Shown: in pieces, positions 27,143-42,972 of the stretch
How the letters are laid out: each line of letters opens with the position of its first letter
Position numbering within the stretch: position 1 is the stretch's first letter
From: Phaeosaccion multiseriatum
Lineage: Eukaryota > Protista > Ochrophyta, other classes
Length of the DNA: 64,000 bases
Assembly: GCA_965112735.1 (NCBI GenBank)
Contig: OZ218960.1
Span: 2,976,001-3,040,000 of the forward strand
Direction of reading: 5' to 3'
Program-made: the position numbers and the translations under genes
The notes under the pieces: generated by a model
Seen by the model: only the letters and a program-made list of their open reading frames with translations
The model's database searches: none
Told to the model about the DNA's origin: nothing

Positions 27143-27480
27143 GTGACACCGGGTACTGACTGGCTGACTGACTGGCTGAATGAATGAATGGATGACACCA
27201 GGTACTGACTGACTGACTGGCTGAATGAATGAATGGATGACACCGGGTACTGACTGACTGACTGACTGGCTGAATGAATGAATGAATGACACCGGGTACT
27301 GACTGACTGACTGACTGGCTGAATGAATGAATGAATGAATGGATGACACCAGGTACTGAGGCCGACTGAGTTTGAGTTTTCCGTTTAAAGTATCGAACAC
27401 CATAAATAGAGTCGACATCGTGAAGCTTCTGCACGGGGTGGATGTGAATGACACCACGTACTGACCGACTGAGTCACTGA
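27143..27480. repeat. Compound minisatellite GACACC(G/A)GGTAC-(TGAC)n-TGGC-(TGAA)n, ~5-6 units, just after the WD40 stop codon
   Basis: Repeating anchor GACACCRGGTACTGA with variable microsatellite spacers. Confidence 0.85.
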
Positions 27481-28182
27481 TTCCAAGAACTATGTTATGT
27501 CTGCCGAGACGGAGCGACCGTGAGAATCATTCTGCTTCTTCTCGTTTCTTAATCAATTTTCATATTTAATTTGATTTATCCCTCGATTTGCGTAAGAATC
27601 GCCCAAATCAACCGTGTTTTTAGAGACCGGGCGGCAAGGGGGATTGCTCGTGGTGCTCTTGCAGAAATGCTGACGAGTAGGGAAGGGCAAAAGCGATGAA
27701 AGCCGAAAGACCATGGATCGATAGGCATCTCAAAGAGCTACTGTACACGAAGAGCTATAGCGCTTCTCCCAGCGTCATTTTGCTGCGTGCGTGCGTGCGT
27801 GCGTCCAAAAACTTTCTGCCAGGCGATTTAGGCGATGCTTACGCAAATTGAGTTTTTTTCTTTTAATTTACTAATTAAAATTACGTTAAATAAAGCACCA
27901 GTAAACATAGGAGAGCGAAAGGAGGGTTGGCCTTCCCTTCTCCAAGCCAGGGGGACTTTAGTCATCATTGTTTTCCCTCCTTCTCCCTTTTCGGTTCTGA
28001 TATATACTTACGTACTAGTAGCTGGTTGGGGAGAGCTTTCTGTTGCTTTCCTCGTCGCTTTCTCCTCCCCTCTCGCCCCCCCCCCCCCTCCCTTGAACCG
28101 TTCTTCAAGAACGCTCCAAAGTCCATCAAAGAACGTTCTTCAAGAAAGCTCCTAAGTCAGTTAAAGAACGCTCCTAAGTCAG

Positions 28183-33530
<5,348 letters not shown>

Positions 33531-33972
33531 GATGTAGTGCGGACGCGAAGATTGAAGCGCAAGCGAGCGAAGACGATGAAGATGCGATAGACGGTCGTCT
33601 TCAGAATCCTTATCCTTCCCCACCTTTCCACAGTGTTCGACCCCAGAGTCTGCCAGCCCCTCCTAAGTCAGCTCCACGACCAGCCTCTTCTTCACGGCCC
33701 CAGAAGGCGCTCGCCAACGTGGTACCGCTCTAGCCCGAGAATGTGATCGTTCGACACACTTTTCCACGTGCAGCGCAAAGCCGACCCAGGTAGATGACCA
33801 ACACGCGAACAAGTGAACAGTTGATATGAGGACTGGACTCGCAGGAAAAAGGGCTTGAGATGACACCCAAGGATAGCGCATTGGGATAAATATCCCAAGC
33901 GTAGAGCCCGACCTGCCAGACCCGTCCAAATGCCTTTTCTTTTCCGGAGGGGTACTCGCCACTTGGATCTTG

Positions 33973-35075
33973 ATGTACCGTCTCTGGGTCTGTGCAATAG
34001 CATCAGTGGCTGCAGTGGCGGCTGCTGCAGTAGGAGAACGAGGAGAAGGAGGCCCTGGTGTCAGTCTTAGTAGAGTGAGAGTCGATATAGAGCTTCTCCC
34101 CCCAGATGGCACCGTGATCGTTGGGCCATCTTTTGTGCTGGGTATCGCACTCCAGATTGTGCAGGAGGCGCTGCAACAGCAAGAACAAGAGCAGTGCGCG
34201 GGGGAGAATGATGAAAGCGTTGATAAACATGTCTGCCGTCCGCTTGGAGGAGAAGAAGGGGGACAGCAGCAGCACGAAGCTGTCTCGCTCGTCGTGTGCG
34301 TTAGCGTGGACGACCAGGAGTCCTGCTTCGACGCCACCGTCCCGAGGGAAGGCGCTACGGCGAGGGCCGACATTGACGTGACCGTGGAGGAGCAGGGCTG
34401 GCACGATGTCATGGTCCGTCTCCGACAAGCGGGGCAGTCAGGCCAGCAGCAGCAGGGGATGGACGAGGAGGAGAACGAGGATCAGAAGCAGACACTCGTG
34501 CTGATCCCTAGCCAGGCCCGCGTCTCCATCTTCACTGCCGACAGAAGCTCTGTGGGTCGCATTCCCCTGTCGCTACTCTATGATGGTAGGGAGGAAGCAG
34601 CAGCAGAAGCAGTTGGCGCCAAAGACGAGGAATCCACATTGCGTTCCTCGGACCCGACCATCATCACGCCCTTCGCCTTTGTGGAGAAGAGCATGGCCGA
34701 GGTGGTGGTGCACGCCTCTCGGCAGCCCCAGTCCCAGCCCCGGCCCCGGCCTCAGCCGCAGCCCCAGCAGTTGGTCATACAGCAGCCACACCCAGAACCC
34801 CCCCCGCCCCCACACGAGCACGAAGACGTACACGAACACGAGCACCAAGATGATGCCTTGTTCTTTGGTCTCGCGTGGGACGTCGGCGGCGGTTACGGCT
34901 GGGGCACTGCGGGCATGAATGTGCTCTTGCAGGAGCCGCTGAGGGCCGTGCCGCTGGGGAGGGTGCACGTGGAGGGCCTGAGGGAGGAGCAGCGGAGCAC
35001 GCTGGAGTCGGCACTGGTGCGAGCCGCGGTTCTGACTGAGAACTTTCAGTTTCTCTCTACTGCTGAACCTGCTTC

Positions 35076-35109
<34 letters not shown>

Positions 35110-36109
35110 ACAGCTGCTGCTGCGGGGGAGGAGGATGAGAGCGAGGATGAGAGCGAGGGTGGGGGGATGGGTGGCGGTGGCGGTGGTGATACACAGGCTG
35201 CCACTGCCGATACCAGCAGCAGTAGTCACGCAGCCCCTGTGGTAGCAGCAGCAGCAGCAACAGCAGGAGGAGGAGGTGGAGGAGGAGGAGGAGGAGGAGG
35301 AGGAGGAGGAGGAGGAGGAGGAGGAGGAGGAGGAGGAGGAGGAGGAGGAGGAGGAGGATTGCATGGGCCAAGGGCAATGCCGGGGAGCATCCTGCTACTG
35401 AATGAAGCCCTGGGCCGGCATGTGATGCAAGTGCCCTTTGGGGTCGTGCACGCACTCGGAAAGTGGGGCGAGGGAGGAGCTGTGGACACCCAACTACGGC
35501 TGTTCGAAGGAGGGTTGAGCTACTGGGGTAGAGACGTCAACGTTGCCATCATCTTCTTTGAAGCAGCGGAATGGACTGAAGAGGATCTGAGGCGACTTGG
35601 TTTCTTTGACGCGGTGTTGGCGGGAAGTCAGTGGAACAGAGACCTTCTCGTGGCTGCAGGGGTGCCGGAGGGGAGGGCAGGGCTGTTTCTGCAGGGGGTA
35701 GATGCCTCTGTCTTCTTCTTTCAAAGGCGGGAGGAGGAGGAGGAGGAGGAGGGGGGGGGGGGAGGAGGAGCAGCAGCAGCAGCAGGAGGACGAGGTCCAG
35801 GATTCCTCTTCGTCTTTTCCTCCTGCTACTGCAGCCGAAGGCGTGTTTCGCGTATTCTCTGGAGGCAAGCTCGAGTACCGGAAGGGACAAGACATCGTGG
35901 TTGCTGCCTTTCGTCTCTTCTCTGCCAAGCACCCTGAGGCCCGAGCAAGGCTCGTGGTGGCGTGGCAGAACGATTGGCAGCACTCCCTGGACACCATCGC
36001 CAAGGCGAGACACACGAGCGGTGTTCCATACACCTCCACATCCACCACCGCTTCTGCCTCTTCTTCTACCTCTTCCTCTGCCTTAGGAACTGGTCCGGAG
36101 CAGGCAGGC

Positions 36110-36162
<53 letters not shown>

Positions 36163-38277
36163 CGTCAGCAGCGAGGTAGGGAAGCTCCAACTGAACATCG
36201 TAGAGTGGCTTGGGAGGAACGGCATACCGCCAGAGGCAGTGGAGGACTTGGGCCGAGTGACCCACTCTGCCATGGCCGCCGTGCTCCGAGGAGTTGACGT
36301 GGCGGTGTTCCCTAACCGCTGCGAGGGAGGGACCAATCTCGTTGCGATGGAGGCGTTGGCGGTGGGGGTGCCGACGCTGTTGTCCAACAACACGGGGCAT
36401 GTGGATGTTGTGAAGCATGTGGGTGGGGAAAGGGGGTGCTTCCCTCTCCTTCGGTGAGTTGAGTGAGGACTGGGTGTAGTGGGCTAGCGGTGGTGCAGTG
36501 GGTATAGTGGTGTAGTGGTGTAGTGCTGTAGTGGTGCAGTGTCGTAGTTGGGTAGTGGGGTAGTGGGGTAGGACTACTGGAAGGGAGTGGCAGGCAACGA
36601 AGAGATTGTGGGGAAGGAGAAGGGGGTTGGGGGGTGTAGTGTGGGGTAGTGAGGCAGTGAGGCAGTGAATAGTGGGGCAGTGCATGTAGTGAGTAGTGGG
36701 GCATTTGAGGGTGGGTGGGTGTAGTGAGTAGTGGGGTGGTAGTGGGGAAGGACAAGTGGGATAGGGGGTGTAGGGTGGGGTAGTGTGGGGTAGTGAGGCA
36801 GTGAATAGTGGGGCAGTGGATGTAGTGAGTAGTGGGGCATTTGAGAGTGGGTGGGTGTAGTGAGTGGTGGGGTGGTAGTGGGGAAGGACAAGTGGGATAG
36901 GGGGTGTAGTGTGGGGTAGTGTGGGGTAGTGAGGCAGTGAGTAGTGGGGCAGTGGATGTAGTGAGTAGTGGGGCATTTGAGAGTGGGTGGGTGTAGTGAG
37001 TGGTGGGGTGGTAGTGGGGAAGGACAAGTGGGATAGGGGGTGTAGTGTGGGGTAGTGTGGGGTAGTGTGGGGTAGTGAGGCAGTGAGGCAGTGAATAGTG
37101 GGGCAGTGGATGTAGTGAGTAGTGGGGCATTTGAGAGTGGGTGGGTGTAGTGAGTTGTGGGGTGGTAGTGGGGAAGGACAAGTGGGATAGGGGGTGTAGT
37201 GTGGGGTAGTGTGGGGTAGTGAGGCAGTGAGGAATAGTGGGGCAGTGCATGTAGTGAGTAGTGGGGCATTTGAGAGTGGGTGGGTGTAGTGAGTGGTGGG
37301 GTGGTAGTGGGGAAGGACAAGTGGGATAGGGGGTGTAGTGTGGGGTAGTGTGGGGTAGTGAGGCAGTGAGGCAGTGAATAGTGGGGCAGTGGATGTAGTG
37401 AGTAGTGGGGCATTTGAGAGTGGGTGGGTGTAGTGAGTGGTGGGGTGGTAGTGGGGAAGGATAAGTGGGATAGGGGGTGTAGGGTGGGGTAGTGTGGGGT
37501 AGTGAGGTAGTGAGAAGCGGGGAGGGAGTTTGAGCAGTAGCAGAGTACCACACGCAAGGCACAGCAGCACTGTTGTGTGTGTATGTGTATGTTTGTATGT
37601 GTGTATATGTGTGTATGTTTGTGTCCGTGTTTGTGTCAATGTCTGTATATATATGTGTGTGTGCGTGTGTGTGCGTGTTGCGCAGATTCTCGGCATTAAC
37701 GGTTTCCATGACGGCAAAGCGCTTTCTCCACGCACGCATCTACCCACCCAACCCCCCTCTCTCCCTCCCTCCGTCCGGCCGTCCGTCCCTCCCTCCCTCC
37801 CTCCCTCCCTCCCTCCCTCCCTCCCTCCCTCCCTCCCTTCAACCCACCCCTCCCTCCCTTCCACCCACCCCTCCCTCCCTCCCTCCCTCCCTCCCTCCCT
37901 CCCTCCATTCCTCCCTCCCTCCCTCCCTCCCTCCCTCCCTCCCTCCCTCCCTCCCTCCCTCCCTCCCTCCCTCCCTCCCTCCCTCCCTCCCTCCCTCCCT
38001 CCCTCCCTCCCTCCCTCCCTCCCTCCCTCCCTCCCTCCCTCCCTCCCTCCATCCCTCCCTCCCTCCCTCCCTTCCGAGCAGGCAGAGCCCCCTACCCAGC
38101 GATTCCTCCTCCTTCGAGAGCGATGTGGATGAGGTGGTGTCTTTGCTGGAGGAGGTGTGGATGGCACCCGACGAGGCTCGGAAGAGGGCGGCGGAGGGGG
38201 CGATGGATATGCAGCGGTGGACTTGGGACAGGAGCGTGAGGGGTCTGAGGCAGGCACTAGCGAGAGGGGCGAATTAA
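33973..38277 (+). CDS. Signal-peptide-bearing GT4-family (GT-B fold) glycosyltransferase; apparent frameshift in a poly-G run near 35751
   Basis: [19 protein letters not shown] signal peptide; DAVLAGSQWN, FSGGKLEYRKGQDIV, DVAVFPNRCEGGTNLVAMEALAVGVP (E-x7-E motif). Exon 1 is 33973-36453 (two overlapping ORFs); last exon 38082-38277 (ESDVDEVV...WTWDRSV). Confidence 0.82.
36640..37510. repeat. G-rich complex minisatellite, six units of ~136-154 bp, in the GT4 intron
   Basis: Anchor GCATTTGAG at ~36701, 36837, 36973, 37127, 37266, 37410. Confidence 0.88.
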
Positions 38278-38610
38278 GGGAGGGAGGGAGGGAGGGAGGG
38301 GCCTGAGGCAGGCTCTGCGGCTGAAGGCATCGACATCGGCAGCAGTTGGTGATACATCAGCTGAAGGGGGTTATGATTAGGGGGCGCTACCTGCCTGCCC
38401 ATATGCCTACTTACACACCACTGAATGGTACAACGTGGAAATCAATTCAATTGCGATCCACTCTCCTGGTCTCCTGGTCCTCGTCTACTTCCTTCCTTCC
38501 TTCCCTTCCTTGCTTCCATCCTTCCTTCCCTTCCTTGCCTACTTCCTTGCTGGCTTCCATACTGTAGCATACTGGGTAGTAAACCGCAGTAAATCGCAAG
38601 CGTGCTCTCC

Positions 38611-40227
38611 TCAGGCAGTCAACGATGAGTGTGACGACGAGTGAGAAAGCGTTGTCGTGGTCCCGCAGACCCCATATATCATCTCGTGGGAGCCCCGCAC
38701 CAGCGGGCAAGGACGTGGCGTCTGTGACCGTGATTGCCGGCGACGGCTTCGGTCCCCCGATCCGCTGCCGCTACCACCACCACCAATGTCCTCTCCTTCT
38801 CCGCCACCACTGCCTCCTCCTCCTCCTCTTCCTCCTCCTACTACTACTACTCCTCCTACTCCTTCTCCCTTCTCCTTCTCCTGCTCTCCTTCGACGCCCT
38901 CTGTGGATGCGACAGGCTTAACTGCCACAACCTCAGGTCTGGAGCGGTCGGCCTCCTCTGCAGTCGTCGCCCCGTGTTCCGCGCTATCTGCTGTTGTATC
39001 ACCAACTGCTGGTGCTGCTACTGATGCCGATGCTGCCGCCGCTGCCAAGCCAGGGTCGTCGACGGCTCCACGCTGTGATGAACCCCTTCTCCACCCGCCT
39101 CGAAACATCGGTAGTGATCTGCGCAGTCGTGCGGCTGCTGCCTCGCCCGGCGAGACAGATGCGGTCATCGGCAGCGACTTGCTTCGATTCAGCTGCCTCC
39201 AACGAGTCGCCTGCTTGAGAGAAGCAATGAAAGAGCGGCCGATACTCTTGCCACTTCTGCTCGTTTCTGCTCGTGGAGGGGGTTGTGACAGCTCGGGACA
39301 GGCAAGCAAAGTCTCTGCATCATGTTGATTGAGGTCAATGAAGCTGGAGGTGGTGGAGGGTCGCTGGTTGTGTGTGCGGGCGTGTGCATCTTCCTCCAGG
39401 GCCCGGAAAAGCGGGGAAGCTTGACCGGCTCCGGCAGGGAAGAGTCTTCGCCCTCTTGAGGCCTCGATGCCCTCCCCTCCTGCTCTTGCTCTTTCACCTC
39501 CTCCTCCTCCTCCTCCTCCTCCTCCTCCTCCTCCTCCTCGTTGCTGGTGCCGTATCACAAGCTGCTGCTCCGTGTCATCTGAGGAGGCACCCGTGGAGAT
39601 CCGCCGTGATGGTCTGATCAGAGCCTGCGCATCGTCGCCGCTTGGGAGGGTGTCAAATAGCACTATGGTCCCGCCACGATTCCTCTGCTTCAGTGATGGG
39701 GTGCGTAACACCGGTTCTGAAGCCTCCGGCGGCGGAGTGCTGTGACAGCCCTCTTTCAGCTCCCCCCCTTGTCCCTCCTCTTGCTCTTCTTCCTGCTCCT
39801 GCTCCTCCTCGTCGCCACCATCATCATCATGTCCAAACAGAACAATTGTGCCTCCGGGCAAGTTGCCCTCCCTGGCCCAAGCCCCCCCCCCAATCAACAG
39901 GCTCCACTCCGTAATGCGGGGAGGGCCGCTACGATTCTGCACCCGGTCGTCTTGGCACCAGGCCTCGTTTTCCTCTGGCGCTTGGTCTTTCAGCCCCTGC
40001 CCACCTTCCTCCGGTCTCTCCGGTCTTAGTGGTGAGGACGGCAGTGGCAGTGCGGGGGCGACATTCTGGCTACTATGGTCATCAGCAGCAGGGACTCTCC
40101 TCGTGCTGGTACATTCGTTGCCAAGTTCCGTCTCCTCCTGTCTCTCCTGGCTCCTCCCGCTTGAAGACGCGGCTTCTTGAATTTGCACGGTGTCCGTGAA
40201 GAACGCGCCGCCGTCGTCCGCCGTCAT
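38611..40227 (-). CDS. Hypothetical 538-aa low-complexity protein with no recognisable domain
   Basis: 1.6-kb uninterrupted ORF from ATG, composition like neighbouring exons; internal repeat GGTIVLF x2. An upstream exon cannot be excluded. Confidence 0.5.
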   Translation of the reverse strand: MTADDGGAFFTDTVQIQEAASSSGRSQERQEETELGNECTSTRRVPAADDHSSQNVAPALPLPSSPLRPERPEEGGQGLKDQAPEENEAWCQDDRVQNRSGPPRITEWSLLIGGGAWAREGNLPGGTIVLFGHDDDGGDEEEQEQEEEQEEGQGGELKEGCHSTPPPEASEPVLRTPSLKQRNRGGTIVLFDTLPSGDDAQALIRPSRRISTGASSDDTEQQLVIRHQQRGGGGGGGGGGGGGGERARAGGEGIEASRGRRLFPAGAGQASPLFRALEEDAHARTHNQRPSTTSSFIDLNQHDAETLLACPELSQPPPRAETSRSGKSIGRSFIASLKQATRWRQLNRSKSLPMTASVSPGEAAAARLRRSLPMFRGGWRRGSSQRGAVDDPGLAAAAASASVAAPAVGDTTADSAEHGATTAEEADRSRPEVVAVKPVASTEGVEGEQEKEKGEGVGGVVVVGGGRGGGGGSGGGEGEDIGGGGSGSGSGDRSRRRQSRSQTPRPCPLVRGSHEMIYGVCGTTTTLSHSSSHSSLTA

Positions 40228-41130
40228 CGCTCACGCTTCCTTTCATAATAGAGTTGTTGGAGGCACCTGATACAGCACCATCCTTGCTGGCCTTGGTCAA
40301 GTAGCAGCTTCCCTTTCTATGCTCTCCCCCAGCTCAGCACGCCGGCGTATATTCTCCACATGTCTGGGCCTTATATTCTCCTCCACATCGTATTTTCAGC
40401 TGCTGCTAATTTCCCCGCCGTTCAACCCCCCCAACAGTTACAGGAGGGCACGGAGGGTGCTTTATTTTTTATTTTTCCCTTTTGACGAGCTTCTCCTTTT
40501 CCTTTCCTCTCGAGTAAGATCTTATTAGGAAAGTCGACCCCTGACGCGATTCTTGATAGAGAGGGCGCCGAGAAGCACGAATCATGCCTGTAGCGGTGCA
40601 CAGAATCAGAATTCTGGCGGCCGCCAAAACTCCCCGATATCATTTCCCTCACTTCTTCTCATTCATTGCCTTATTTCGAAGGCACGCACCCCCCCCCCGC
40701 CGCCCCCCGCCCTCAAACTACTGTGTTAGCGAGTTTGAACATGCGCATCGTGTTGCCCTCGTCGAGACAAGTCGAATGCCGGCATCGTTGCCTCTCCCCC
40801 TCTCTCTCTCGTTCTTTACAAACTGAAACTCCTGTTCCTTACGTAAGGGCCATGCGGGTCTTACATAAGAGTGTCTTGCAGCTCAGAGGGGGCCATCCCT
40901 CCCCTCCCCCCCCCCCAAAGTGCCTGCCTGTATCGCCGAGTTGAGCAGCTTTGGTTACGCGTCCCCATGTTATTTATAGTGTCCTCTCTAATGGGGCCTG
41001 CCCCATTCTATTCTTTTTTATTTCTTTCTTCGTTTCTTCGAGATAGGGCAGGCCCCATTCTATTTTTTTTATTTCTTTCTTACATTTCTTCGAAGTACTT
41101 GGTATATAATAGGGCAGGCCCCATTCCCGG

Positions 41131-41257
41131 GGACGCCGCAGTGCGAGGGAATACCTACTGCCGGGATAATGAGCAGCTAAAGTGACTTTGACTTTGACTC
41201 ATCACTTTCAGCTGCTCATTACCCCGGCAGTAGGAGTTCCCTAGCAGTGCGGCCTCC
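41131..41257. other. Imperfect inverted repeat (~55-bp stem, 16-nt loop); pre-miRNA-like or MITE-like hairpin
   Basis: Left arm GCCGCAGTGCGAGGGAATACCTACTGCCGGGATAATGAGCAGCTAAAGTGA pairs with right arm TCACTTTCAGCTGCTCATTACCCCGGCAGTAGGAGTTCCCTAGCAGTGCGGC. Confidence 0.8.
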
Positions 41258-41415
41258 TAAGGAATGTTGTGGGTTACTCTTCACTCCATTCCATTTTCTC
41301 TTTTCTTACTCTCTTCTTATCTATTTACATTGTATATCGATCGTAATACATTTGTAAACACATATAATCCACTACACAAGTCCCCAAACCCCCTCTCCCC
41401 CGCCACCCTCACGGC

Positions 41416-42935
41416 CTACTGCTCCTCCTCCTCTTCCGGCTGCTGCTGCTCCTCCTCCTCCTCCTCCTCCTCCTCCTCCTCCTCCTCCTCCTCCTGCTGC
41501 TGCTGCTGCTGCTCCTCCTCATGCTGCTCCTGCTGCCCAGCGATCTTAGTTTCCGTTTCAGCGTCAGTGCCCTGCATCATATCGGGACAGTTACACAAGC
41601 TCCGATCGTACGAGGTGACATCCGACAGGCTAATATAGTAGTTGCTGAGGCTGTACGAGAAGGGGTACGTCTGATGGCAGGAGATGGCAGGAGATGGCAG
41701 CAGCAGGGGCACCAACCATTGAGCAGAGAGGAGACTTGGGTCAGGAAATGGGGAGCCGCATCATGACGACGATAGCGTAGGCCGGCGGGCAATGGGACTT
41801 CAAGCTTCCATTCGCTGAGGACGGCCGTACAGTACAGTAGAAATAAACGCTCGCCCTTCCTCCACAACCAACAAGCCACAAGCCAAAACTAAAGGGAGCA
41901 CAGGCACGAAAGATCAAACTCCACCCCTGTTGCGGTCGGTACACAAGGCCGATGTGTGTGTGTGTGTGTGTGGGTGTGTGTGTGTGCGTGTTTGTGTGTG
42001 TGTGTGCGTGCGTGTTTGAGTGTGTTTGTGTGTTTGTGTGTGTATGTGTATGCATGTGTGTTTGTGTATGTGTGTGTCTGTGCGTGTATGTGTGTGCGTA
42101 TAAACTATCAAGATACACCGAACACGAAACACACTCCATCCCCATCGATTTGTGGCGAGTTCAAGCAAGCCCAAACACACAGACACACACACACACTCTC
42201 ATCTCCACGCACGCACGCACGCACACACACACTCACACACACGCACGCACCCACCTCGTGTCCGTGCCACAGCAGAGAAGCCGAGAAGAGCCCGTCCATC
42301 ATGAATGAGAGAGTGCCCGCCTCGTACTCCACACCCAGCTTCAAGCTCTCCCACGTCTGAGGGGGGTGGGAGGGGAGACGAGAGATGCAGGGAAGAGTGG
42401 GGATGGCAGTGGATGAGGGGAGAGGAGGAGAGAGGGGGTGGGATGTGAGATACGGACGGGACGCGTTTGTACACTTGAGGAGCAACATGTGGGAGGGTGG
42501 CGAAGGTAATATCATTGGGGCAAGCAGCAGCGACTCAAGGAAGTGATTGGAAGCGCCAAGCGGTGGTGGTTGACGGGTTGATCGATCAGTTCATTGACTG
42601 ACGGACTAATCCATCACAGAACCATCACAGAAAATGGCCTGACTCAACATCTCTTTCTCTCCCTCTCTGTGTGCCCGTTTTTTTACCCCTCCCCCCCCCC
42701 CCCTCTTTTCTCTATAGTCTTCTCTCTTTTCTTCTCCCTCCCTCCCTCACTCATTCCCTCCCTCCCTCCCTCCCTCCTTTCTCTCGACTCACCTCGGCAT
42801 TGATGGCAACCCCAACGAGGGTATCCGTTATGGACCCGCTCTCGGCCACAAAGGGTGGGAAGACGATCTGCCCCACCTGAAACCATGCGCAAGTGACGAT
42901 AAACGACGGGGTAGAAGAGGGTACGGGAGAGAGAT

Positions 42936-42972
<37 letters not shown>

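Noticed and set aside
41131-41257. SECIS element
   Set aside because: The ATGA is Watson-Crick paired with TCAT rather than forming a GA/GA quartet, and no in-frame UGA selenoprotein is adjacent.
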